A stretch of 63,968 bases of DNA, filler included, from Octopus bimaculoides (GCF_001194135.2; 5 parts of 5 records of this genome joined end to end with filler, not necessarily neighbours in it), one strand, 5' to 3'. Shown: positions 1 through 13,702, counted from the first letter of the whole stretch. Notes: a model not told the origin generated them from the letters alone. Program-made: numbers and translations.

Positions 1-79
1 CTTCTTCTTCTTCTTCTTCTTCTTCTTCTTCTTCTTCTTCTTCTTCTTCTTCTTCTTCTTCTTCTTCTTCTTCTTCTTC
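1..79. repeat. (CTT)n microsatellite
   Basis: Pure CTT array running to the window edge. Confidence 0.98.
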
Positions 80-637
80 AGTAGTTCCATTAAGTTCTTT
101 GACTTTCGAATTGCTATCAAGTTCAACCACTCTATGGGATTGGGTGCCTCTGCATATGGGACTACCTTAGTCGTGAATAACACCCTTTTGGTGGGGGTGG
201 AGGAGGAGGGCACTCCACTTTTTTTGCTACTACATTCCAGTATACTCCCGTCCGTAGCATCTTGTACCATTGGCTGGCTCTCTCTGTGCTGAAGGTTACT
301 CTCTGCTTTCTCGTCGTCTTCGTCTTCGTCTTCGTCTTCGTCTTCGTCGTCGTCGTCGGTCCCTAGCGCCGTTGCCACAAAGAATGAATCTTCCTTTCAG
401 TTTTGGTTATTCAATGAGATGCGACCGGTGGTGCTTCAAAAATGTCGGTATCAGCACATCCTGAGACTTGTTATTGTTGGTAATGCTTCTTCTATTGTCT
501 TCCTTTTTCTCTTTGTTACTTCACTTCCGGTATTTATCACCACACGTGTAGCAACAGACCCTCTTCTCTGCGCCATCAGTCTGATTGACCTTCTCTTCGT
601 TCCATCTGGAGTACCACATCGGGATAGCGTTGTAGTC

Positions 638-911
638 CAGGGGTTTTCAAACTTTTTGACTTGCGGACCCCTTTATATTTCAGGACCCCCTTATAAACGC
701 TTATGAAATTTATACATAAATATTTCCTTAAAATATCATATATTTTTACATTTATTTATTTAACAAATAGGTTTATTGTCAATTAAAACATTTCGATTAA
801 AAAACATATATAAAATCAAATTGCCCATAAAAAGTATTTGCTGTCCACGGACCCCCTGCCTTGTCCTTGCGGAGCCCCTGTGGTCCGGGGACCACAGTTT
901 GAAAACCCCTG
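638..911. mobile_element. hAT-type MITE (274 bp)
   Basis: Perfect 16-bp TIRs CAGGGGTTTTCAAACT (638-653) / AGTTTGAAAACCCCTG (896-911). 8-bp TSD TTGTAGTC (630-637) / TTGTTGTC (912-919), 7/8 match. Confidence 0.9.
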
Positions 912-1154
912 TTGTTGTCAAATGATTCCCGGGTGGGATCATAAAGATTTGATACCCATACACACCCCGTATGAATATATGAAGTTGCAGATCATCTCCA
1001 TGCACCCTTTGGCCATACTGTTGAGCAAATATGACGACTAGCCAAGGGTCGGCGTCTATTTATTTACTCTGACCGTGGTCTTAGTGGTCCCTAAACATAT
1101 GTACTGTGGTACTATTGTAAGAGAAATTGTGAGTAATTATAATAATAATAATCT

Positions 1155-1347
1155 TTTCTAGTATAGGCACAAGGCCTGAAATTTTAGGGGAGAGAGCTGG
1201 TCGATTAAATTGACCCTAGTGCTCAACTGATACTTATTCTATCGAACCTGACAAAATGAAAAGCAAAGTTGATCTCGGGAGAATTTGAACGTTAAGACGG
1301 ACGAAATGCCGCCTGGCATTTTGTCCGGCGTGTTAATGATTCTGCTT
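1155..1347 (-). mobile_element. tRNA-derived SINE family A (possibly octopus OK-like)
   Basis: Reverse complement of the family-A body and tail (GGCCTTGTGCC), next to (AAT)n. Confidence 0.8.
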
Positions 1348-2324
1348 GTAACACATTAAACTGAACATTAACGACATCAAACTCGCTGATCTCAGGTCAA
1401 GTAATATGTCCTTTCCTCCAGACTCAGCAAAATAAATTAATATATATATATAATTAGATAAATGAATAAATATCATAATTAGATAAGAAAGTAAATAAAT
1501 AGCGAATGTATTGAAATTTACATCTGGGAATGGGGGACTGAAAGCAGAAGCATGAGAATGATAAAAAGACATGAAGACAAATATATAACCCAGACACCCA
1601 GTGCATACGCACATAAACAATATACAGACGTTAGCAGACAGCTGCACCACATACACACACACACACACACACACACATATTACGTAGAGAATACTTCCAA
1701 TAGAAAATACAAAAACAAAGCAAAGTTCAACACGTACCCAAAAGCACGCAGTGCTGCACTCAATTGTGCAGTGAAAGCAAGCAATAAAACTAAGACTGCT
1801 GAAATAATAATGGCAATAATGATTTCTTTTAATAATAAATAGCAATATTGAACAACTAAAAAATAAACAAAAACAAACCCAACCACAAGCCCACATAAAC
1901 GCACAACGCATCCAAACGCATACACACAACATGCAATCATGAATATTTCGACACACAACGACATACGTACACGTACATACACCGGTGTCTGAGTTTTCTG
2001 TAAGAAAGAACTTGATTGAAAAGCTTCACCGGATTGCAAAGTACACATTGTTCTATTTTTGTTTTGCTGCTGTTTTGTTTTCATTTTCTTGTTTCTATTC
2101 TTTAGTCCTCGTTCCTCGTCTAAAAATGCACTCAGTGATATCTCAGGCAGAAAATATCATTCTTTCTCGTAACAGAAATTCATTAGCTCAGCAAGTCTGT
2201 TAAATGATGAATGTTTGCTGCATGAAGAGATGTGTGAGAGGGGAAAAAAAAAATGTGTAAGAAAAAGAGTGCTGCTTATAATGATAATGTTAACCACCGA
2301 AAATAAAATGTAGGTTTTTTTTTC

Positions 2325-2325
2325 T

Positions 2326-2373
<48 letters not shown>

Positions 2374-2625
2374 GTCGTCATCATAATCATCATCATCATC
2401 ATTATCATCGACATCGTCATCGTCGTCATCATCATGACAATCATCATCGTCATCGTCTTCGTCGTCTTCGTCTTCGTCGTCTTCGTCTTCGTCGTCTTCG
2501 TCTTCGTCGTCTTCGTCTTCGTCGTCGTCGTCGTTCTCCTCCTCCCCCTCCTCCTCCTCCTCCTCCTCATCATCATCATCATCATCATCAACAACATCAT
2601 CGTCATCGTCGTCGCCATCGTCGTC
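2325..2625. repeat. Compound trinucleotide array (CAT/CGT/CTT/CCT)
   Basis: In-phase mosaic of single-base-variant triplets ending in an N gap. Confidence 0.95.
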
Positions 2626-2977
2626 NNNNNNNNNNNNNNNNNNNNNNNNNNNNNNNNNNNNNNNNNNNNNNNNNNNNNNNNNNNNNNNNNNNNNNNNNNN
2701 NNNNNNNNNNNNNNNNNNNNNNNNNNNNNNNNNNNNNNNNNNNNNNNNNNNNNNNNNNNNNNNNNNNNNNNNNNNNNNNNNNNNNNNNNNNNNNNNNNNN
2801 NNNNNNNNNNNNNNNNNNNNNNNNNNNNNNNNNNNNNNNNNNNNNNNNNNNNNNNNNNNNNNNNNNNNNNNNNNNNNNNNNNNNNNNNNNNNNNNNNNNN
2901 NNNNNNNNNNTTTATATATCCACCTCACTAATTCCAATACAGCACCAATGCTAACAATAGTATCGGTACGTAACACC

Positions 2978-2979
2978 AT

Positions 2980-3031
<52 letters not shown>

Positions 3032-3035
3032 GCTA

Positions 3036-3067
<32 letters not shown>

Positions 3068-3082
3068 GCTGCTACCGCCGCC
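2978..3082. repeat. (TAC)n(TGC)n array
   Basis: Visible triplet array. Confidence 0.95.
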
Positions 3083-3204
3083 TCTGTTATAACCTCTGTT
3101 ACCATCGCAATATGTTATTAATGGGCCATATTGTAGGAGTGGGGAGGTGCGTGTTGTGCGTTGTCTGATGTGTGCATTTGTACACCTGGTTTATACAATG
3201 CACA

Positions 3205-3330
3205 AATATGCACGAATAACTGCAGCAATTGCTACGACTCTGCGATCTGAGTTCAAATCGTACTGAGGTCAACTTTGGCTTTCATTCTTCTAGGAGGTCG
3301 ATAAATATAGTGCCAGCCAGTCAAGTACTG
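3205..3330 (+). mobile_element. Degenerate SINE (family A-related body)
   Basis: B-box-like GAGTTCAAATC followed by GAGGTCAACTTTGGCTTTCAT...GGTCGATAAA. Confidence 0.6.
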
Positions 3331-4199
3331 TTGTTGTTGTTGTTGTTGTTGTTGCTGCTCTTCTTCCTCTCTCCCTTTCTCCCCTTCTCCCCTCTTCCTT
3401 TCTCGTTCATAAAACTGCCTTATTTGCTGCCCGTTTTGATTCTAAGTTTTGGATATAAAGATATAACAAAATCCTACTCAAATTTCCCTTTTCCACTCAC
3501 CTTGTTTCACCTCCATGTACAGATAGTCATCAAACAGGAAAACTAACCGATCGTTACAACCCAACAAAGTCACCGGTCCAATAATAAAAAAGTGAGATGT
3601 AGAAATAACTTTTATCCCTAGTAAATAGGAATATATCTCAATCTAAGAAAAAATACGTAACAGTATTTATCCACAAGATGAGCAATCGCTCAGAGCCAGC
3701 TTATTTCAAAATCTAAAAGAAATTATGGAACTAGAATTAAACAAGCAACTCTGTCATTAAGTTTTACTTCCTTCACAATGGCCTCCAATACGGTTTCCAC
3801 TCGAGTAATACCATCATTCAAATACTGCACCCGTAGATGGGGTAGTACTACTTCTACGCATAGGGGCATCAAGGTAAACTACAAATCCCATCTACCTAAA
3901 ACCTCATTCTCCCTACGATTTCTCACGCCTCTGATGTTGTACTAAATACCTCCAAATCGTTTCTCTTCGTAATTTCAGCCTTATGCAAACCCCTGTCCAT
4001 TCATATTCCTGCACAAAGACCCTAAGAAATCTGTTCTTCTGCCTTGTCGAAAGAAAGACATATTAGTGTGTCTAATACAGCAAGATATCCCATTTTAATT
4101 CGGTACATATATACATGGTGGTTGTCTGCTCCTTATACAGAGTTTGACCACCTCCTGTACCTACACCTTTGCGCCATCATGGCGTCTGATGGGACTTTT

Positions 4200-5960
4200 T
4201 AAACCAGACAATGTTCTGAAAAGACACCCACATAGATTGCACCTCCGATTTGGACCACCAATACCTGCAAATAAGTTCTGCCCTTTGTAAATCTTAACAT
4301 GTCTTTTGAGGCCTCCGTTGGATTTTCAAACCTTCTGGTATACACTGTATTGAAATATGTGCACAGACATATAGTCAGAATAGTTGGTGGAGGTTTGTTT
4401 TCCATGCGTTCGCAGATGAGATTTGAGGCCAGCCAAAGACAAGCATGGTCTGTCACAGACTGTGCACCCAAAAAGGTCATTGTCATCCACCTTCTCGATC
4501 ATTATATTCTTCCTTAGATCTCTTCTGAGTCTTACTTGCGTTATCCTGGCTTTTTCAAATGCTTTTACTCCACTCCACACCTTTGTTCGTCATCCAACTC
4601 TATCCGAAGCAAGGGTTTCTATATCTTCTGGAACCATTCCAAGTGACTTCATAGTAGTCCTTATGCCGTCCTTAAACTTTTTTTAGGTTTACGCCATTAG
4701 CGTTTCCCCTCTGCAAGCTCACCATAAAACAGCTGTTTCGGCATGCATTCATCTGCCATTCGAACAAAATGGCCACACCATCTCAATTGGTTCCTCAAGA
4801 TTATAGTAATAGAACTCCATTTAATTTTAAAAATGCGATGAAGGTATTTTTGGCGTAAATGTTCTAACAATTTAAAATGCCTTTCATAAGTCCAAGTTTC
4901 AAAGGAATACAACAGGAATGGTAAGACAAATGATTTGTAAAGATCCAGCTTTGTATTTTTATTTATATGTCGCTGGCACCAAACGCGTGACTCCAATCCA
5001 CTAAATGCTTTTGCTGCCTTTTGAATTCTCAGCTGTATTTCTGTATCAAGATTTCCATCATTTTGAATAGAGCTTCCAAGGTATACGAACGAATCGACAA
5101 CCTTAACAAAAATTTTAGTGGGGTTACTAACAGCACCACACGCAGGTTGATGCATTACAACTGTTGATTTTTTCAAGTTGATGGTCAAGCCAAAATCATC
5201 ACAAGCTGAGTCAAATTCAGATACAAGAGATTGCAGACTTGTTTCAGAATGACTGACAAGATCGCAATCGCCAGCATACAAAAGTTCTCTAATGACTGAA
5301 GTAAAATCCTTCGTTTTGAATTTCAGTCTGGTCAAATTAAAAACATTCCCTGATGTTCGATATTTTATGTAAATACCGTCTTCAGAGTTTTGAAAAGCAT
5401 GTGACAACACAACAGCAAAGTATACTGCAAAGAGGGTAGGTGCATCAAGGTCTCCCTACTTTACTCCATTTTCCACGGCAAAAGGTTCAGAGAGCCTACC
5501 ACCAAAAATTAACTCTAGCTTTCATATTCTGATGCAAAGTCCTGACCATATTTACAAATTTTTCTGGGCAACTTATTTTCCTTAGAATTAGCCACATAGC
5601 ATTTCAATTAACAGTATCGAATGCTTTGCTCAAATCAACAAAGTAAAGGTGTAAAGCAAGATTCTGTTCAACGCACTTTTCTTGTAATTGTCTGACAGTA
5701 AAGATACAATCAGCTGTGTCCCTGGAGGAACGAAAACCACACTGAAACTCAGACGCTATATTTGGAACTATAAAGGTATTTAAACGTTCTAACAAAATGC
5801 GAGCAAGTACCACAGATAAAAGCGAAATTCCACGAAAATTACCACACAGATCCTTTGGCCCCGATATATACAAGGAGACTAAAATGGCATCAATCCAGTC
5901 TTGAGACACTTTCTCAATTCTCCAACAGTAACAAATTAATATATTTAAGAGTTCAAACAT
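4200..5960 (-). mobile_element. RTE-clade LINE, 5'-truncated, frameshifted reverse transcriptase
   Basis: Motifs NFRGISLLS, QCGFRSSRDTADCIFTVRQLQEKC, FVDLSKAFDTVN, YRTSGNVFNL, LLYAGDC (YADD-like), GLTINLKKS, FVYLGS, LRWCGH and a C-terminal CxxC..HxxxH finger, spread across ORFs 5604-5960, 4697-5410 and 4326-4580. Confidence 0.93.
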
Positions 5961-6098
5961 TTTGTCACATTTTAGAGCAAAGCGAGAAAAAACATTTTGC
6001 TTAATATGTCAATTGCTTAAAGTACCTTCTGTATTGAGAAGCAACACTTACAAGTTTTTTAAAAAACTGTACACAATCTGTCATTAAGCTTTCATAAA

Positions 6099-6295
6099 AA
6101 GACGGCGAGCTGACAAAGTCGTTAGCTTAGCGGCGTTTCATCAGTCATCACGTTCTGAGATGAAATTCCGCGGGGATCGACTGTACTTTTCATTCTTTCG
6201 GGGTCAATAAAATAAGTACCAGCTGAGCACTGGGATCGATGTAATCGACATACTCCTTCCCCACAGCTGCTGACCTTGTGTCAAAATTTGAAACA
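6099..6295 (+). mobile_element. SINE family A
   Basis: GGCGAGCTGAC head, internal deletion, tail GACCTTGTGTCAAAATTTGAAAC. Confidence 0.85.
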
Positions 6296-7318
6296 TGTAT
6301 CATATTATACGTGTTAAAGAAGATCAGATTCTTACAGGTATAAATTGATAAATATATGCTAAACCATGCGGTTGCCCCACCTGCTAAAATTAGCAAACCA
6401 GATTTCCCTCAGAATCATACCTTACTTTTTGAAATAAAACATAGGAAAAATTTGATAATGGTAATCTTGGATAACCGGTACCTTAAAAAAAATTGGGATG
6501 GTCACAGTCAATTCATATTTCTGTTGGGCGAGGGCTGGCCTGGTACGAAACATCAACAACATGTATGTCTGCATCTATATATTTTTATATATTTTCGCTT
6601 GTCCGTATAACATTTTTTTATAACTAGACATACATTACTAACGCATACATACACAAATGCACGCACACACACATACGCATAAACAGACACGACCGTACTC
6701 ACGTAAGTGTTCGTATAGTACATACATACATACATACATACATGCACACACATATATATACATGCATACACACATGTACACATACACAAATATATTTAAT
6801 ATATGTGTGTGCACGTATACGTGTGTATGTGTATACATGTACGTATATCATTCATTCACAGTCATACACTTAAACATACGATATAACACACACACAAACT
6901 TGATGGTAATTAACTTAAAGATGCACGTATGGATTATATACGTCCCATTAGCAACTCAATGAAGCAGACGAATTCTGTCATTAGATTTTCCTTCATTTAT
7001 CGTCTGCACGTATTTTCCTAATGGATAAAGTCTCCAAAATTGTATGTGGCTTCCTTCAGAAAAAATAGTTTCCATGCTGCAATAAACTATCGATCTCCTG
7101 TTGCTAGTGCACCCAACCAAATGTCTGGAAATTCTATGCAATAGATACAAAATAAAATCTACAATTGTCGGAGTCGGCAATTCCTTTGAAATGAGAAGAA
7201 TCAATTTGTAAACTCTCTGTTTTTTATACACACACACACACACACAGGTACGCACACGCACGCACACACACACACGCACACACGCACACGCACACACACA
7301 CACACACACACACACGCA

Positions 7319-7350
<32 letters not shown>

Positions 7351-8532
7351 CACATTCTCAGTTTTACCATTTTATTTTGGTTTCTTTCAATTTATATTCT
7401 TGTCCTACTGATATTCAAAATATTAATAATGAGAATAGTACACTCACTCACACATGCACACACACACAAACACACACACACATAATCTCTACATGCGCCT
7501 GTGCACGTATATATGTATGTAGGTATATATAAAGTATACACGCGTACACACATAAAGTGTATATACACATACATAAATGTACATAACAATGTATTGCCTG
7601 AGGTTATAGATTCAAACTTCTTATTGCTTTCAGTGTCTGTTTTTGTCTCCAAATTCTATATAGTTTTTCCTTTCTCTCCCTAAATATACACGTTAGATAT
7701 TATTTCTGTATCAGTATATTATTGCACTATCTTATTGTCTGATATAGACAGTCCTGTAAAACAAATGACACGCTCTCAAACCGAGTGAATGTAGATGTGC
7801 CACTTAAGATTTTTCATTGAAATCATCTCATTTGGTTTGCACTGCCTCGTATCCCAGGTAATGTACTCTAGTATTTAACACATGCTCGTCATAGCAAATA
7901 TCTTGTTTTGATTCGATGATCAACCTGAATAAGCGCGAAGACTATGAACAAAGAACCGGTATTATAGTTAATAGCATAAAAAAATATTGAACATCATAAT
8001 GAATTTGGAGTCAGCAGTTTAAGATCGAGAAACAACCACAATCGAACGACGAATTTTATCGAGCAATATGTGTGTGTGTGTGTATATACATACATGCATG
8101 CATACACACACACGCACGCACGCAGGCACATACACGCGCGTGCACACACACGTATGTATGCATGTGTGTATGTATGAATGTAGGTATGCATGAATTTAAG
8201 GGTGTCAGAATTTTAAACTTTGGGGATAACTGTGGATGACATGGAGACATTGGTTGCAAACGGTTCATCATGGGGATGGTATACAACTGACAAGAAGGAG
8301 CAATTCGGCGCGCGCGCGCGCGAACATTCACACATATATACATAGATTAGAAACGAGCAAAGTCTATTGCATGCATACAGCTCATACCTTACGTATCAAG
8401 GGCTGAAACTAGCTTAAAATGACAGTTGATCACAAGGTTGATTCCGCGAAATCTTTGGATGTGGATTTTCAACTATGTTTACTTCACACATACTCACACA
8501 TAGATAGATAGATAGATAGATAGATAGGGAGG

Positions 8533-8570
<38 letters not shown>

Positions 8571-9341
8571 GAGAAGAGGATAAGCGACAGAAAGGGAATG
8601 ATTTCGAGATTCTCTTGATTTTTGCATTCACACTTGTGACAGGTTATTTTGGGGGAAGTAAAATAGATTTGGATAGGAAACGTTAAACAATTTATAACGT
8701 TCTTGTGTGAAAAACTGGTTTCAAGTTTGTTGAATCGAATCCGAGGGAAAGTAAGAAAACTAAAATNNNNNNNNNNNNNNNNNNNNNNNNNNNNNNNNNN
8801 NNNNNNNNNNNNNNNNNNNNNNNNNNNNNNNNNNNNNNNNNNNNNNNNNNNNNNNNNNNNNNNNNNNNNNNNNNNNNNNNNNNNNNNNNNNNNNNNNNNN
8901 NNNNNNNNNNNNNNNNNNNNNNNNNNNNNNNNNNNNNNNNNNNNNNNNNNNNNNNNNNNNNNNNNNNNNNNNNNNNNNNNNNNNNNNNNNNNNNNNNNNN
9001 NNNNNNNNNNNNNNNNNNNNNNNNNNNNNNNNNNNNNNNNNNNNNNNNNNNNNNNNNNNNNNNNNNNNNNNNNNNNNNNNNNNNNNNNNNNNNNNNNNNN
9101 NNNNNNNNNNNNNNNNNNNNNNNNNNNNNNNNNNNNNNNNNNNNNNNNNNNNNNNNNNNNNNNNNNNNNNNNNNNNNNNNNNNNNNNNNNNNNNNNNNNN
9201 NNNNNNNNNNNNNNNNNNNNNNNNNNNNNNNNNNNNNNNNNNNNNNNNNNNNNNNNNNNNNNNNNNNNNNNNNNNNNNNNNNNNNNNNNNNNNNNNNNNN
9301 NNNNNNNNNNNNNNNNNNNNNNNNNNNNNNNNNNNNNNNNN

Positions 9342-9440
<99 letters not shown>

Positions 9441-9596
9441 CTCTCTCTCTCTGAATGCGTGTGTGCACCTGCATGTGTGTTTGGATGTTTTGGTGAATAT
9501 TTATAAACATATCTATCTCTCTCTCTCTCTCTCTATCTATCTCTATATATACGCACATACATATGCATGTTTATATAAGCATATGTATGTATTGTA

Positions 9597-9862
9597 AAGG
9601 TAAAAAAGTTAGGCAAATTTACCTTCCCGAGTCATGCTGACTCATAAGGGTCGGTTTTCCAGTTTCCATGGCGTATAAATACCCCGCCTGGACCGGACGC
9701 CGGTCCGTCACAGGATTGTTCATTTTTACCAGCTGAGTGGACTGGAGCAATGTGTAATGAAGTGTTTTGCTGAAGAACAAGACGCGTTGCCCGGTCCAGG
9801 AATCGAAACCGCTATCTTACGATCATGAGTTCAACTCCTTAACCACTAAGCCACACACCTTC
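9597..9862 (-). mobile_element. tRNA/CORE-like SINE with an RTE-type tail
   Basis: On the minus strand: tRNA head (GGCTTAGTGGTTAAG ... GGTTTCGATTCC), CORE-like CAGCAAAACACTT, CCAGTCCACTCAGCTGG, and a 3' stem-loop GAGTC-AGCAT-GACTC. Confidence 0.75.
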
Positions 9863-10235
9863 ACTATGTATGTATGTATGTATGTATGTTTGTATGGGCT
9901 ACCTGGTTAAGGCGTCCGCTTTCCAATTTTCGGATTCACAGTCCGATCCCATCATCGGGAATTTTGGGTGGCTATATACTGCGTAGCTCTTGGTAGTCTG
10001 AAATTTACCCTTTGAATGAAAATTCGTAGACACAAGCAACACAGAATTCCGTTGGGTTTATGCATACCAGTGGCAGCTCGTAGATAAAATTAGTTGGGGG
10101 GGGGGCTGCCTCAGAAAATTTTTAGCGGTTGTTTTAATATTGTGTAAAAGGAAACAAACTTATAAAAAGAATATTTATGCATAAACTTGATCGTTTCGCG
10201 TTTTAGCCTCTGCTGGGCAGTGTGTTTAATTTGTT

Positions 10236-10562
10236 CACTGCACTTTTGGCAAAGTCGACCTCGGTGGAATTTGAACTCAGAACGTAACGGCAGGCAAAAT
10301 ATGTATTTCGCCCGGCGTGCTAACGTTTCTGCCAGCTCGCTGCCTTCGATAGATTCAGATTTTGACACAGACCAGGAGATTTAGAGGAAGGGCTAAGTCG
10401 ATTACACCGACCACAGTGCTCGATTGGTACTCATTTTATCGAACTCGAAAGATGAAAGGTAAAGTCGTAAAGTCGACCCCGGTGGAATTTGAACTCAGAA
10501 CGTAAAGAGCCAGAAGGAATAATTCTAAGCATTTTGTCCGATGCTCAAACGGTTCTGCCAGA
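10236..10562 (-). mobile_element. Two adjacent family-A SINE pieces
   Basis: GGAATTTGAACTCAGAACGTA occurs at ~10265 and ~10484, each followed by head sequence. Confidence 0.85.
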
Positions 10563-10579
10563 CAACAACAAAGGGTAGT

Positions 10580-10622
<43 letters not shown>

Positions 10623-11208
10623 CATTAAAGATGATGATGATGATGTTGATGATGATCATAACTACAACGATGATGATAACAATAGTGATAAATAACTTTT
10701 AGCGTGAGCAGAAGGTCACAAATTTGACTGTCACCTATTTTGTTGACCCCGGAACGATGAAAAGTATGAAAAAAATACACAAAACAAGAATAACACCAAT
10801 CTCAGCAAGATTTGATCGCAGATCACAAAGAAATTAAACTTGATCTTACAAGGCATTCTGCTGAATCTACCACCATTGTAACGATCATATTTTATTCGCA
10901 ACCAGGGCGACTCATGAAGAACATTGTCTTTGATGGTCTTCTGACAATCATTGATCTTATTCAAACATACTCATGTGTAAATACGGAATCTGCGTATTCT
11001 GCGTGAGTCAGGTATCAGTTGACTCGCTGAATGACAAATTGACAGCTGGGTTGATACCTGCATATATACATATTTATAAGCGGCGGTGGGTGGGTAGGTG
11101 TATTATGTTTGGTAGTATTTTACTTTCGTACGCTGTTGTGTGTGATTTTAGCGGATCGCTGTTTTTGCATAAGTTCAAATACGTAAATACTTATGCCTAT
11201 ATACGCAC

Positions 11209-11264
<56 letters not shown>

Positions 11265-11431
11265 NNNNNNNNNNNNNNNNNNNNNNNNNNNNNNNNNNNN
11301 NNNNNNNNNNNNNNNNNNNNNNNNNNNNNNNNNNNNNNNNNNNNNNNNNNNNNNNNNNNNNNNNNNNNNNNNNNNNNNNNNNNNNNNNNNNNNNNNNNNN
11401 NNNNATACATATATATATATATATATACATA

Positions 11432-12257
11432 CAGGGTGCGATAGGCAATTTGTCAACATTATATATTTTTCGCACATGCCCATTGCTTTTAATTTTGGCG
11501 ACTACAGAGTATGGTAGGGTCAGTTGGGCACCGTCTGTGAGAAAAACAGCACCATGACGCATTTCACTCTGCCAGAAATTTGGAAACGACATGCTGTATT
11601 GCATAGCATTCGCGCGGAAGCTCCAATACGAACATTTCAGAGTATTTGGGTGTCAATCTGAGGACAGTGCAATCTGAGGACATGTACCGAGAGTGACACA
11701 AATCAAACATCCAGTCAACATCATGGTGTTAAAAGTGGTCACTAGTGATGGCGACGTTATACCTCCATTCATCTTCTTACACGGCCTCAGACTCGACACG
11801 GAGGCCTACATCAAGTGCCTGGAGGAGGTAGTGCTGCCCTGGGTCAATGGAGTGGACGCTGGAAGACCTTATGTCTGGCAACAGGATTCTGCACCGTTTC
11901 ACACAAGCTGGAGAAAACAGTCATGGCTGTCAGACAATTTATGCGACCACATCACCCCTAACATCTGGCTACCTAACTCCCCAGACTGCAACCCACTTGA
12001 TTATTATGTGTGGAGCGCAGTTGAGCGAGAGATGAACAAAACTCCTTGTAACACCAAAGATGAACTGAAAGCAAGGATTATGGCAGCATGCACCAACTTA
12101 AACAAAGAGACCGTCCAGAAGAGTTGCAGGAGATTCCGAAGTCGTCTGGAGGCCGTATTTGAAGGCAATGGCGATTTTATTGAATAAATTTACACTTTAG
12201 TATTTCAAGATATTTTTACGTAATTTTGGTAAATATATCTGTTAAAATGAGATGTCA
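11432..12257 (+). mobile_element. DD37D (maT) ITm transposon with internal deletion
   Basis: TA then TIR CAGGGTGCGAT at 11432; N-terminal HTH remnant (ISEYLGVNLRTVQ). Catalytic part QQDSAPFH...NSPDCNPLDYYVW has 37 residues between the 2nd and 3rd Asp (counted). The right end falls in a gap. Confidence 0.9.
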
Positions 12258-12557
12258 NNNNNNNNNNNNNNNNNNNNNNNNNNNNNNNNNNNNNNNNNNN
12301 NNNNNNNNNNNNNNNNNNNNNNNNNNNNNNNNNNNNNNNNNNNNNNNNNNNNNNNNNNNNNNNNNNNNNNNNNNNNNNNNNNNNNNNNNNNNNNNNNNNN
12401 NNNNNNNNNNNNNNNNNNNNNNNNNNNNNNNNNNNNNNNNNNNNNNNNNNNNNNNNNNNNNNNNNNNNNNNNNNNNNNNNNNNNNNNNNNNNNNNNNNNN
12501 NNNNNNNNNNNNNNNNNNNNNNNNNNNNNNNNNNNNNNNNNNNNNNNNNNNNNNNNN

Positions 12558-12595
<38 letters not shown>

Positions 12596-13050
12596 AGAGA
12601 GACAGAGAGAAACAAGACACATTTGTAAATATATATGTATACATGCATGTGTGTTTGTATTTGTTTGTGTGTTGTACATATGCATTGTATGTGCGTTGAG
12701 AATGTATGTATGTATGCATGCATGACTGCTAGTTACAATTACCAGCGAATAATATCACACATGTTCTATTTCGAGTGATGGCTTAATATATCCAAGCACA
12801 GATATCTATACGTATCGAATCACACGCACGTGTAGTTTAGACAAAACTGACATTCTACAAATGGACAAACCAAAACACGGTCGCATGCACGCTCAAACAT
12901 GTTTATCTACATACAAACACGTATATGCACGTATATACGCATAAAAAACACAAAGTCATAAACATACAGTGCAGATATAAACATGAATTGCTATAAACAT
13001 ATGTATAAGTATGTAGGTTATATACTGTACTATCTTTTACGTTTTACATA

Positions 13051-13395
13051 TCATTGGACTACGGCCATGCTGGAGCACTGCCTCGAAGGTTTTAGTCGAA
13101 CAAATCGATCCCAGAATTACTTTTTTTTTATATAGTCTGGAAACAGACAAATCAACACTGCTGGCCAAGCGATAGGTGGAGGCACAAAGACAGCCACAAA
13201 GGCATGCGCACCACACACACGTGCGCGTGCGCGCACATATATCTCATGGGCTTCTACAGTTTCCGTCTACTAAATTCAGTCACAAAGTATTGGTCGATTC
13301 GGGGCTATAGTAGAAGTCACTTGCTCAAGACACTTGCTCAAAGCGCTGCGCAGTAGGACTGAACCCCAAGCCTTTAGGTTGCAAAGCGAGCTTCT
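13051..13395 (-). mobile_element. CORE-like SINE family B
   Basis: Head, CTTGAGCAAGTGAC core, internal microsatellite, tail GTGCTCCAGCATGGCCG. Confidence 0.8.
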
Positions 13396-13487
13396 TAACG
13401 ACACCGCCATACCGGAAGGTATAAGATTATAGAGTTTTAGTCAAGTCTGTATGTAATGGACAAATCCTTTTTAATACTTGGCCCTAT

Positions 13488-13702
13488 TAAGGCGGCGAGC
13501 TGCCAGAATCGTTAGCACGCCGGCAAACTACTGAGCAGCATTTTGTCCGTCTTTACGGTTTGAGTTCAAATTCTGCCGAGGTCGACTTTGCCTTTCATCC
13601 TTTCGGGGTCGATAAAATAAGTACTGCTTGAGAACTGGGTCAATTTAATCGACTTAGCCCTCTTTCCCCGAACATTCTGGCCTTGTACCAAAATTTGAAA
13701 CC
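13488..13702 (+). mobile_element. SINE family A, full length
   Basis: AAGGCGGCGAGCTG...GAGTTCAAATTC (B box)...GGCCTTGTACCAAAATTTGAAACC. Confidence 0.9.

Larger units (their letters stand above)
1..1059 (-). pseudogene. Degenerate coding-like frame of unknown identity, interrupted by a MITE
   Basis: After removing 638-911 plus one TSD, one minus-strand frame runs 1059 to 1 with only three clustered TGA stops (453, 438, 399). It encodes a KRKRK basic patch and a D/E tract. Confidence 0.35.

Noticed and set aside
2290-3105. Long poly-D/E/V/A ORF
   Set aside because: Translation of triplet microsatellites plus Ns; the other frames give equally low-complexity ORFs.
6960-7215. Minus-strand exon
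   Set aside because: No recognisable motif or convincing splice-site pair.
8309-8322. (CG)7 Z-DNA element
   Set aside because: A short tract, likely a variant of the abundant (CA/CG) microsatellites.
9770-9820. CTGAAGA...CGAAAC hammerhead-like spacing
   Set aside because: Part of a SINE CORE/B-box; stems I and II do not form.
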